DNA of 62,871 bases, filler included, from Pirum gemmata (Eukaryota), in the NCBI GenBank assembly GCA_002812295.1. It is 18 parts of 18 records of this genome, joined end to end, with 100 filler letters (N's around TTAATTAATTAA, not from the genome) between each part and the next. Parts side by side here need not be neighbours in the genome. Positions count along the whole stretch, not along the records: positions 20,429 to 23,481 come from PDIN01003689.1; positions 23,582 to 26,633 come from PDIN01003690.1; positions 26,734 to 29,785 come from PDIN01003691.1; positions 29,886 to 34,232 come from PDIN01003692.1; positions 34,333 to 37,353 come from PDIN01003693.1; 13 more parts are not named here. One strand, 5' to 3'. Shown here piece by piece: positions 23,061 to 34,623 of the stretch. Below the pieces are notes generated by a model, which saw only the letters and a program-made list of their open reading frames with translations, ran no database searches and was not told the origin of the DNA. Position numbers and translations under genes: made by a program. Numbering within the stretch: the first letter of the stretch is position 1; each line of letters starts with the position of its first letter.

Positions 23061-23828
23061 AATGTTGTCCAGTTCAAAAACTGAAATAAAAGGACTCTAT
23101 AAACGTACCAAATTATTATTATGGCTAAACAATCTGACATGTTTTATTTAATTTGGTATTTTATGCTTAATATACACTTAAATTAAACAGTACCAAATTA
23201 AAGATTGAAAGGACAACTGTAAACTTAAAGTCTCCCGCCCGAGGAAAACTTGGCTGTTAAAAAAAAAAAATATTTATTTATTTTCTCTTTACATAATATA
23301 TTATAATATTATATTTTAAAGTAAGGAATCATTCATAAAGGATGTCACCTAATCTTACCTATGCATCTTTGTCCAAAACACTTCTGGTCATAATTTTAAA
23401 GTTCATTATAATAATTAATTACTGCCTAAAACAGTTTAAGTCACACTTTCGAGCAATGGCTTTTATTAACGAATAAGTAACNNNNNNNNNNNNNNNNNNN
23501 NNNNNNNNNNNNNNNNNNNNNNNNNTTAATTAATTAANNNNNNNNNNNNNNNNNNNNNNNNNNNNNNNNNNNNNNNNNNNNAAGATTATAATTATTATTT
23601 ATTATTATTTATAATTATATTTATATTATTTCTTTATTTATGATTATGATTATGATTATTTATTATAATTATAGTTTTTTATTTCTTATTTCTTATTTCT
23701 TATTTATTTTTATTTTTATTTTTAATATCTTTATATCCATTCTTTTTATTTTATTATTTTTAATTATTATTATTAATATTACGTTTTTTTTAAATATTAC
23801 TATTATTTATTGAATTATGTTACAAAAG

Positions 23829-26607
23829 AAAATTCACCCGTCGAACGTACACTCCAATTATTTCAATTATTATATCAAAATGGTGCAAACATGAACGCAG
23901 TATTTCATCCTCTTTTTGAGTCTTTGGAAGACCTAAAGGATTGTAATGAATCAGAGGTGACCTTCGATATTTTGGATGACATGGGCAAACTTGAAAAAGC
24001 CTATGCGTACGTATTTTATCAGGAGCGTGAGCAGGTGAGGAAAATTTTTTCCAATAAAAAAAAGCGAGATTGTCTGGCAAGCCAGTTTCAGCCTCGACTT
24101 CAAATGCTTCTATGCAATAAAAAATTACACCCTTCGCCTGAAATGCTTCGTGGTTTAATAAATTGCTGTGGGTTTCGCGTTGATTTGCGCGATATCTATG
24201 ATAATACTTCGCTTCATGTTGCAATCCAGAGGGGTCAAATTGTTGATAGTGACGTGTTGATTCCGCTTTCGGATGTGAGTGCGATTAATGCCTGTGGAGA
24301 ATCGCCTCTTATTCTTGCCAAGGGTCAAATGAATACTGTAAAACAGCTACTTCAGCATGGAGCTGATATAAACTACGTTTCTCCGACTATTGGGACCGCT
24401 CTCCATTCAGCGGTTATACAAGAAAACAGCGACTTAGTAGAATTATTGCTTAAAACTTGCTCAGTTGATATTCCAGACGTTAACGGACGCACGGCATTGC
24501 ACCATGCTATTGCAATCGGGGCAGTATCAAAGCTTGAATCGATTAATCCAATTGAATTACAACTACAAAAAGCAGGTGCAAATGTGAATGCAATCGATAA
24601 GTACGGGCGTACCCCTTGTCATTATGCTTTTGTATCTACCTCGTTAGACATGAAGTGTAACTTTCCACCTCCTTCCGTTCGTGATCCAATCGACATGATT
24701 ACGTTTTTCTGTGCGTCGCGTGAATTTAAATTCGACATCGTGGATGAAGATGGACGTACGATTCTTCACTTAGCTGCAGCAGTTGGTGCATCTATTTGTG
24801 TGTTGTTTTTATATACTAGATTTTATAATAAGAAAAATAGAGATCCACTTGATATGGACGGTAATACACCGCTGGCACTTTCGCTACTTGCACGTCGCTC
24901 AGATACAGCAGTAATACTTATTAGTAAAGGCAGTAAGTTGGATATACAGGTTACAGATGTGAAGCGTAAGATAAAGGATGGTGTGTTGCTTGAAATAGAA
25001 AGAAAGACCGGGTCGGGGCTATGGTACACATTGACGGGTGAAGGACCGTGTAGACATGTCGCCCGGTATATGCTTTCGTCATTCCAACTTCCGATTGATA
25101 CGATGTTGTCAGCCTTGTTTAAATGTGGAAGTTTTCAACTTGCCGCGCAACAGATCAGTAAGTGTGATCCTTTTCGGTTAATGTTTCCAAGTAAGCTTGA
25201 CGGCATGACTCCACTACATCGTCTTGCGCTGGTTGAGAGCTTTGCATCTTCACCCGAATTCGTACCAGTATTAACGGATTTGTTGATTAGCAAAAGAGTA
25301 GATTTTTCTTCTGCTTGTTTCAAAGGTCGTACCCCTCTCCATATTGCGGCATACAAAGGCCACACCGAACTGGTACGTCATCTATGCATGGTTCATGGTG
25401 CTAGTGTGGATGTTTACGATGGTAATGGTGACACACCGCTCATTAGTATGTTTTCCGGGGTAGAACTAAAACAGGAGATGATGTGTTTACTAATAGATTC
25501 TTCAAAGGATAGACTCAAGTTTGTCAATGTTAATATAGCTGGTAAACGAAACAAAGAGAAAGAAAACATGTGGACTACATTAGAAGATATGACTGCCAAG
25601 CTTTTGGATACGTTGCCTTCCAAAAGACGAGCCGAAGAAGAAGTAGTAGCAAATCTTTGTACTAAACTTAAAAAAACCAACATTGATTGTTCGTATGGCG
25701 TGTCTTCTACATTATTAATTGAGGCAGTACGTCGCAAGGAAGTAACAATCATTAATACATTACTTTCTTATGGTGCAAATGGCAAAAAGTGTGATCAAGA
25801 TGGGCGCACGGCTTTACACCATTCAGTTTTTGAGGGTAATACACCTGTTTTATCTCAGCTGTTGAGCTGGAATCGGGTGCCATTAAATACACTTGATAAG
25901 GCAGGTCGTTCCGCATTGGTATACGCAGTCCTAGCTTCGGTAGATAAACCCTCCTGTTTAAAAGTCGAATTACTACTAAGTGCTGGTGCTGATCCTCTAA
26001 TTGGTAATGCACTTCGTTTTGCCATCCGCTATAATAAGTTTCATATAGTCCAAGCGATGCTACAGTGCATTCAAATGCCTCTTACAAAGTCTGTTTCTGT
26101 CAAGGCAAGTTACAAATCTGAAGACAAAGTTTGGGTTCGTTATGGGGGTGTAACTGGTACATGGCGTATGGCAACGGTGGACAACGTCAAAGGCAAAACG
26201 CTCGCAGTGTTACCAAGTCATATTAGAAGAAAGTTACCAGTGAACAGTGAGAAAGAAAGAAAGTCCATGCTGATTGACAATGTGGACGAATCGTGCGTAC
26301 GTAAAATTGACATGGCGACTGAAGTGCCAAGAAGCGATCTTACAGATTTATTAGTTTCACTTATAAAAGACACTGATATGACCGAAAATGATAAGCGTAA
26401 TCTTGTTAAAGAGTATACTGGGTATGAACTAGGATTGAAACATAAAATCAAGTCGAGTCCCGAAAGGGATGCACTTATTTCCAAGTTAGTTAGTAGGGGC
26501 AACAAGTTGGTTATATGGTGTATGGCAAAAACGCCGGAACGTTGATGCATGTATGTACCGTCACTGCGGTCTATCCGAATGGTCAATATGATGTCCAATT
26601 TCTTAGG
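23829..26607 (+). CDS. Large internal exon of an ankyrin-repeat protein (PME-5/tankyrase-PARP-like ANK region) with Tudor-like modules; apparent frameshift near 26500-26520
   Basis: ORF 23810..26545 has many ANK repeats (GRTALHHA, GRTILHLAA, GNTPLALS, GRTPLHIAA) and a Tudor-like YKSEDKVWVRYGG..W..ATV. A second such module (YGKNAGTLMHVCTVTAVYPNGQYDVQFL) continues in another frame to AG|GTAAT at ~26606. Confidence 0.8.
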
Positions 26608-27570
26608 TAATTTGTTTTTTTCATATTATATATNNNNNNNNNNNNNNNNNNNNNNNNNNNNNNNNNNNNNNNNNNNNTTAATTAATTAANNNNNNNNNNN
26701 NNNNNNNNNNNNNNNNNNNNNNNNNNNNNNNNNAGGGAAGTACCTATAGAATAAATATTTAATTGGGGATATTTTTTTTTACGATTTTTTTTTTTTTTTT
26801 CGGGGGTGCTCATCAATATGGAAAAAATGAATTGACAGGAATTGACACACTAATTTATATAGCAATAATATTTCATTTTCATCAAAGACCCTTAGACCCC
26901 ATGAAAAAACTTTTTCCTTGGGTCTTTGATTTTTATCGATAATATATGGGAGATCATTATAATTATATATTTTGTCGAGGGTTCAGATGTTTTTAAAATA
27001 TACAATACATAGCACCAAATTAATACAATATAAATCCATTTAATCTAATTGGTATATTGTATTATCCATCAAGTTAAAGATTATAACCCTCCAAATAAAT
27101 ATTCAGAGTGATAAAATAAATGAAAAGCAAGATGCAAATACTCATATTAACGTCTACAATTATATATATGAGAGAGAGATACATATCAATATAGTATATA
27201 TCTGATAATATTATGTCAATAATAAGCAGTATTAAAAATGAGTAATATCTATATCTACTCTATATATATGTGTATAGATTATATACATCAGAAAGAAAAG
27301 AGTTCGAAAGAGTTGTAAAAAAATAAAAAAAATCTGTAAAAAAAAAATCTGTAAAAAAAAAATCTGTAAAAAAAAAATACTTGACTTGTACCGGCAATTC
27401 ACCAATTGAAAATAGAATAAAAAAACACCCCAATTAAAAAAATAAATAGACCTGATAAATAGACTGGGGTCTAGCTAGCTAGTAGCTACTAGCTAGCTAG
27501 GTAGAGGATGTGTTAGTGGAGGTCTTGGCACCACATCATCTGCGGGTGTGACCTAAATTAACACTCCTTT

Positions 27571-27636
27571 TAACCCTAACCCTAACCCTAACCCTAACCT
27601 TAACCTTAATCCTAACCCTAGCCCTAACCCTAACCC
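27571..27636 (-). repeat. Interstitial telomeric-type (CCCTAA)n array
   Basis: Direct reading, with unique sequence on both sides. Confidence 0.9.
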
Positions 27637-28385
27637 TCTAGCCCTAGTAGCTAGCCACCCTAACCTCCTCAGGTCCTCGTGACCCCGTTTAAAAATAAGT
27701 TATAAAAAAATACTGTCTAGTACGATATATATTATATATATTATCATACTAGTATTATAGTATTAATATTATATCAAGGATTAAATTTTTCTTTATCCTT
27801 GATTACTCTTGATTATACCTATACAGACGTCCTAAGTAAATAAAAACATATCACATATATTACAATAGAGTCTATTTCTATTGTGTAGAATTTCAGTTAT
27901 TAAAAATTTCTCAAACATACGAGTTATTAACACTAGTACTCTCTATACGGGAGTCTATAGACTGTCTATGGAGAGCTCATATGATAGTATATGATAATAT
28001 ATAATGCTATATAGATAGATTGCATACAATACATTATAATGATGTAATGTCATAGTCTATAATATTTATTAATACATCATTTGATGTATTATATAGTTTA
28101 TTACACATAAAATATAATCCATATGTTACTTGCTTGTAAATATATATACTATCTATCGATATCATATCATATATATATTATATACTAAAATTTGATGGTG
28201 TACTGCTTGTAAGTATAGAAGGATACGAATTGCCAAGTAAATATTTGTTTAAATATATATAATAATAGCAGTATAATATAATAGCTGACATTTATCGATA
28301 TGATTTACAAATGTAACACATAGTAGCTCACATAGTCTAGTCAAGTCTATTTTTTTTTCAGTTTTTGGTAACTTTTTGTTGGGCT

Positions 28386-28441
<56 letters not shown>

Positions 28442-28514
28442 CGAGATTTTGTTTGTTTTTTTTTTTTTTTTTTGTTGTTGTTGTTAGCTTGTTGTTGGCT
28501 GCTTTGAGTCTGCT

Positions 28515-28630
28515 TTCAATATTATTCTCTCGCATTCTTTCGCATTCCCTCGCATTCTCATCAAGCCAAATGTTTCGCATTCTCTCAATATTATTCTCTC
28601 GCATTCTTTCGCATTCCCTCGCATTCTCTT
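28515..28630. repeat. Duplicated CGCATTCT-rich unit
   Basis: TCAATATTATTCTCTCGCATTCTTTCGCATTCCCTCGCATTCTC occurs twice. Confidence 0.8.
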
Positions 28631-30082
28631 GTAGACCTCTATACGCATAGCATAGTATATAGGGTAAAAATAACAATAACAATAATAAATTTACGTCATT
28701 TTTTAAAATATTGACGTAAAAACCAATTGATGTTTGTTGAAACTTGAAAGGGCCCTAAAATGTCTGTTGTTGGGTTTTTATTCATCATTCGCCCTTTTCA
28801 AGCTTTTCAGTCGTCACGTCATATCAAATGCATTTATTTCTTAGTCTTCCTTTCTTTTGCCCTTGGAAACATATAGTTTTTTATAAATAAATAAGAATTT
28901 TACACACATAGCTATAAATAATTAATGAATAATTAATAAGTAAAATCCTAATTCCTTCGTATACTACTACAAGATATATAATACTTATATAATACATATT
29001 CAAAATATACCAAAGGACCGAAAGACCCACATCTGATTACACATATGGTGTAATAGTCATTATGGATTAATATTTTCTTTTCTTTTCATTTTATTTAATT
29101 ATTTATATTATAATAAGGATGATATTTTTGATATTAGTATAATATATATTTAGTAGTATTTAATTATTTATATTATAATAATTAATGATAATATTTTTTG
29201 ATATTATTATAATGTAGATTAGAAGTATTGGCAATAACAACAACAGCAACAACAACAATAATAACAGAAATAGTCAGTAATAATAATAGTAATAATAATA
29301 GTGTAAATCAGTTCCATACAAAACAATATATATTGTATAATTATATATAATACTTAATTAACTATAATGTACAAATTTTCATTCAATGCTGTCAGCAATA
29401 AAGAATTTGAGGTGTTTAATGCAGCAAATTTGGGCGACTCATAACCAAAAAGAAAAACGCAAAGTGAGTGGATTGTGGAACTAAAATTCGCATAATTTTT
29501 ATTTAATTATTATAAATAAAAACAAGTACTGCAGATACCAATAACGACTCGATAACGGCATATTATTAAATATTTTAATTAAAAATTATAAAATGCTGGC
29601 TAAATCTCATTCTGAACAAAACAAGAATGAAACGTTTGTAAACATTGCTTACTGATTGCAGTTGTATGCTGATGAACGAAAGTAGTTAGCGATGGTCAGT
29701 GAGTGGCTTTAGGGAAGTACCTATAGAATAAATATTTAATTGTGGATATTTTTGTTTACGATTTTTTTTTTTTTTTCGGGGGTGCNNNNNNNNNNNNNNN
29801 NNNNNNNNNNNNNNNNNNNNNNNNNNNNNTTAATTAATTAANNNNNNNNNNNNNNNNNNNNNNNNNNNNNNNNNNNNNNNNNNNNCATTATTATGCAATA
29901 TCATATTGTTAGTATTATTGGTATAGAATTATATTATAAACCAAAAAAACCAAAAAAAACCAAAAAAACCAAAAAAAAACCAAAAAACCAAAAAAAACCA
30001 AAAAACAAAACCAAAATTTAAAAAAACAAAAACAAATAATTACAATAACAATAATAATATAGTAATAATAATAATAAAAAAC

Positions 30083-31606
30083 ATGGCTCCTCACCCACCA
30101 ATATTGTACTACACCCAAACAGTGCAAACAGGGCAGGAGATAGTCCCAGCTGGCAGAAATAATTTGGATCAATATTTTTATATTTTTGGTTCTGGATTTT
30201 TTTTCGCCTGCGCTTTTTTTTCTTTATTCCATTACTATATGATTTTTTGGGATGCGTTAGTAGCAACCAAACGTTCGATTGTAAAACGAGAATACTTTGA
30301 TGCACACAGTTTTTCTATACTTTTTGCTGGGGTAGGTATTGTAACGCACCAATTTATATTTATCGGCGATTTACTAAATGTTTTAGGAGTTGAAGATAAT
30401 CCAGCTTACGCGAATTGGACTGTTTTAGTTTCCAATATTTCGACTTCTGCTTACACCAGTGTGTGTAGCTTATTGTTGACGCAATTGTTTGTGGCGATAA
30501 AACAAGCAAATTCTATTCACAAAACTAGCGTTATGGTTACCTATTTAAGCCGGTTTTCCACTTTTTATAGTTTTGTTAGTCCAGTGTTGTTCATTGCTTT
30601 AAACGTTAACAACATCAATGATCCTACAGAGGTTTATGATAATCACAACATACAATTATTTACAGAATTTAGTTTTATTTTAGTCATGTTGGTTGTTACT
30701 TTAACTTTTGCTTGTTATTATAATTGTCATAAAAATCCGAATTTCTTAGAAATCATTTTTAAAGTGGGGGTCATTATGGTTGGTTTGTTGGTTTTTGTTA
30801 TAGAACAAGCTATTATTTTTTCTACCAATTCTGATCTATCCTTTCCCGCTTCAGTTGATAAATGGTCCGAGGTGTTGTTGGTATCTACGGTTATTTATTC
30901 CATGTTACATCGTACTAAAAGAGCCAAGAAAATAAAAATAGAAAAAATGGAAACAGATATCTTAAACGAATATATTAAAAATCCAGAATTATATCCAGTA
31001 CTAGTAGAATGTGCCCGCAATTTTATGGCTTTAGAGAATGTTTATTTCTTGAACTGTTTAATTAACGAATTGCAATGTATAGGGGGTCATGGCCATAGAT
31101 TGAGTAGCAAAATCGATATGGGTGATATCAATACCATCTTCCAAACATACATAGACGAAGGTGCGCCTTTTCAAATTAATATCAGTAGTAGTACCGCTAG
31201 CACTTTGTATAATGATAAAAAGAAATATGAAGAAAGTGACACTAATGCTTTGACTATTGATCAAACCAACAGTATGTTTGAAGCAAGTTACCATGAAGTA
31301 GTATGGTTGGTAAAGCAAAATTTATTACCTACATTTTTAAATTCGTCTTCCGTATGCCAAGTCATTGAAACTCAACAGCGTAATAAGGAATTAACTCGCA
31401 GGTTGCTAAGGAGCAGAACAAGAAGCCCATCAAATACTAAACAAACGCATTTTAGTTCCCGAAACACAACCATCGAAAATGACGAGACAATTAGTGATCA
31501 CAAAAATAATTGTTCTTCTGAAAAAATGTCTTCCGATATATGTATGGATATTACCGTTCACATTAATGAACTAGAACAGTTAGAAGAAGAAGAAGAATTA
31601 AAATAG
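30083..31606 (+). CDS. Seven-transmembrane RGS-domain protein (7TM-RGS), intronless, 507 aa
   Basis: Seven hydrophobic segments lie in residues ~31-275. An RGS box follows: ECARNFMALENVYFL...IFQTYIDEGAPFQINISS...MFEASYHEVVWLVKQNLLPTFLNS. AAAC-ATG start and a clean stop. Confidence 0.88.
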   Translation: MAPHPPILYYTQTVQTGQEIVPAGRNNLDQYFYIFGSGFFFACAFFSLFHYYMIFWDALVATKRSIVKREYFDAHSFSILFAGVGIVTHQFIFIGDLLNVLGVEDNPAYANWTVLVSNISTSAYTSVCSLLLTQLFVAIKQANSIHKTSVMVTYLSRFSTFYSFVSPVLFIALNVNNINDPTEVYDNHNIQLFTEFSFILVMLVVTLTFACYYNCHKNPNFLEIIFKVGVIMVGLLVFVIEQAIIFSTNSDLSFPASVDKWSEVLLVSTVIYSMLHRTKRAKKIKIEKMETDILNEYIKNPELYPVLVECARNFMALENVYFLNCLINELQCIGGHGHRLSSKIDMGDINTIFQTYIDEGAPFQINISSSTASTLYNDKKKYEESDTNALTIDQTNSMFEASYHEVVWLVKQNLLPTFLNSSSVCQVIETQQRNKELTRRLLRSRTRSPSNTKQTHFSSRNTTIENDETISDHKNNCSSEKMSSDICMDITVHINELEQLEEEEELK

Positions 31607-32498
31607 GATAAAAATGTTGATAACAAAAAATAAAATAAATACCCATACCTATTATTAATCAGATATCAATGTATAATGTAACAATAAAATATAACTATTA
31701 ATAAAAACAACAATTACGATTTAATTAAGTTTTATAATGGTAATTTATAATGATAATAATAACGATAACTATAATGGCAGTAAAATTTGCGTAATGTATG
31801 TTTTATGACCAAATACATAGTAATTTAGAATTGGATTCAAATAATAATAATTATTGTACTAATCAAGTTTGAGTTATGCAGCTTTTTTATTGAACACCCC
31901 AAAAGCGACAGAATTGTTAGTAGTATCATAATGTAAATTAGTGTTAATTAATTAACGTTATCGTTATATATAACGTTGGTGTTATTTTTGTTGTCATTGT
32001 TTGTTGCTCCATGGGGCCTATCACAGTAGGTTTCATGGGTTACTACAGTGTTACTACTATCATAGTCTATTTATTATCATATGTATTTTCCCAGTGTATT
32101 TTCCGTTATCAGAAACTGTTATCAGTCTTTTTTGTAGAAATAAAAGCTTATTAAAAAAATTCCAAATTTCCGCATAATAAATAACATCAAACTTTTTAAG
32201 GGGTCAGAATTTTGTAAACAAGAGCAAACAATCCTCCAGCAAGAAGTCTAATACATAATTGCGCAAGAGCTACTGGTAGTAAGAGTTTTGCACTGGTTGT
32301 TTTGTCATCATAAAATATACAATAAATAGTACCAAATTAATACAATATAAATCCATTTCATTTAATTTGGTATATTTTATTATTTATTTATTCATTTAAA
32401 AAAAGTCANNNNNNNNNNNNNNNNNACCAACCAAATAAATATTTGGAGTGACAAAATTATTTTTTTGATTATCATGAGAAGTTGAGAACTACGATACC

Positions 32499-32742
32499 AG
32501 TAAAAAATCTGAAGATGGAAAAATCTGAACATGAAATTGAATCTAGAAGGGTATTTTTGTAAAATAAGACAACTATATTGGTATTTCAAGCTCTTTAATC
32601 GACATCAAAATCAAGGATAAAAAAAAAATATCAATTCAAACGATGGCTTTAAAACTGCTTTAAAGTCTAAAAATACCAATCTAGATACCTTAGTTGACAA
32701 AAATACCCTTCTAGATTCAATTCCATCTTCAGATTTTTTACT
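32499..32742. mobile_element. Foldback/MITE with ~47-bp inverted termini
   Basis: AGTAAAAAATCTGAAGATGGAA[..]ATTGAATCTAGAAGGGTATTTTTGT is the inverse of ACAAAAATACCCTTCTAGATTCAATTCCATCTTCAGATTTTTTACT. Confidence 0.7.
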
Positions 32743-32876
32743 TGTCATTCACTATGATAATAATTATATCTCTAGTAGCTAGCTAGTAGTAGCTATCAAT
32801 AGTATGATAGTAGCTAGCTAGAGAGAGACTACTAGCTAGCTATCATAGCTAGTAGTAGACCAGGGTTAAACTAGAT

Positions 32877-32980
32877 AGGGTTAGGGTTAAGGTTAGGGTT
32901 AGGGTTAGGGTTAGGGTTAGGGTTAGGGTTAGGGTTAGGGTTAGGGTTAGGGTTAGGGTTAGGGTTAGGGTTAGGGTTAG
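32877..32980 (+). repeat. Interstitial (TTAGGG)n array embedded in GCTA-rich DNA
   Basis: About 17 near-perfect units. Confidence 0.92.
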
Positions 32981-33146
32981 CTAGCTAGCTAGTAGTAGAG
33001 AACTACTTTACATAATATTATCAATTTATCATAGTATCATAATATTACTATGATATCGATATTATAATTGATAGACATTTGATAGACTAATAGCTATGAT
33101 ACTATCATATCTATTACTATTAGTTGGTAGCTAGCTAGCTTCTAAA

Positions 33147-33325
33147 GGGAACATTCATAAAGGGCGTCACTAATTTGATCGAAGTCATTACTCCAAAGTG
33201 TGACTTAAACTGTTTTAGGTAGTAATTAATATTAATTATTAAAATGATGATTAAAAGTGTTTTGGAAAAAGAGGCATAGGTAAATTAGGTGACGTCCTTT
33301 ATTTTTATGATATATGGATATTCCT
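33147..33325. mobile_element. PIF/Harbinger-like MITE family C (TIR GGGAACATTCATAAAGG.CGTCAC); copies at 5622-5680, 10234-10380, 23324-23481 and 41595-41750
   Basis: Shared core CGAAAGTGTGACTTAAACTGTTTTAGG...GCATAGGTAAGATTAGG and inverted ends GGG...CGTCAC / GTGACGTCC. Confidence 0.75.
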
Positions 33326-33562
33326 CTATGTCATACTAGTAGTAGCTAGCCCATAGTAGGGTTAGGTAGGGGGCTGTTATAGTAGCTGCTATAGTGTACT
33401 TTAGCTATCATAGCTAGTCTACTAGGCTAGCTAGTAGAGTAGCTATACTAACTATACATACTAGTCTTAGTCTGTCTTACTAACTATGATATCATAATAT
33501 CGATAACTGTATGATAATATTATTATGGTACTGGGTAGTAATACCGTAGTTATTCTAGCTGG

Positions 33563-33719
33563 GGGAGCGTTCAAATAATACGTCACGTCAAGGGGTAGGT
33601 AGGTAGGCGGTATTTGACCGGAAATTAACGTCAAGGGGTAGGTAGGTAGGGGTATTTGAAGCTGTATTTTACCGGAAATTGGCGTTACGTAACTTGTTAC
33701 GTAGTATTTGAGCGCTCCT
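33563..33719. mobile_element. PIF/Harbinger-like MITE family B (~157 bp); copies at 15326-15455, 38993-39115 and 55725-55854
   Basis: TIRs GGAGCGTTCAAATAATACGT / ACGTAGTATTTGAGCGCTCC, an internal duplicated GGGGTAGGTAGG...GTATTTGA unit, and four homologous copies. Confidence 0.82.
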
Positions 33720-34623
33720 AGCCAGCTAGAGCTAGCTAGCTAGCTAGCCCTGAGTGCTACACTAGCTAGCTAGCTAGCTAGCTAGTAGTGCTACACTACT
33801 ACTGCTATGCATAACTAAAAAAAAAAAAAAAAAAAAATTTTAAAAAAAAAAAAATAATAATAATAATAATATGATCCTATCAGATATCACTTATCGATAG
33901 TAGTAGGTAGATGTAGGTAGATAGCTCTAGCTAGCTAGAGTAGCTCTAGCTAGAGCTAGCTTGCGCTATCTACTACCTCTTGTATCATAATACCGAGTAT
34001 ACTGTATATACATGGTCCAGTATAGTCTACGTTGTGTACTATCTAAAAAATTCAGCATCTATACACTAATATATCTATGATATATCTGATACATTTATTA
34101 TTATTATTATACAATTTATACTACCGGTATTATTATTCTATATTTATAGATTATAGTAATAAAATTTTTCTATAGATCATTATGAATTTATGGTAATATA
34201 TAAATAATATAAAAATGTACTAATAAATAAAANNNNNNNNNNNNNNNNNNNNNNNNNNNNNNNNNNNNNNNNNNNNTTAATTAATTAANNNNNNNNNNNN
34301 NNNNNNNNNNNNNNNNNNNNNNNNNNNNNNNNTAGATCTTTATGTATTATTATTATTATTACTAAAAATTATTTACTTTCATTTTTTACTTTTATTTTTA
34401 CTTTTACTTTTTACTTTTATTTTTACTTTTATTTTTTACTTTTATTTTTACTTTACTTTTTACTTTTATATTTTACTTTTATTTTTACTTTTATTTATTT
34501 GTTTATTTAGATCTTTAGATCTTTATTTATGTATTTATTATTTCGTTTTATTTATCTATTTATTTAGATCTTTATCTATTATTATTATTATCATATTATT
34601 ATTATTATATAATTATCATTACA

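Noticed and set aside
29380..29710. Possible hammerhead/SECIS (CTGATGAACGAAA in a hairpin) or decayed hAT core (QIPITTR*)
   Set aside because: There is no stem II or cleavage triplet for a hammerhead, and the protein similarity is too short and interrupted to support.
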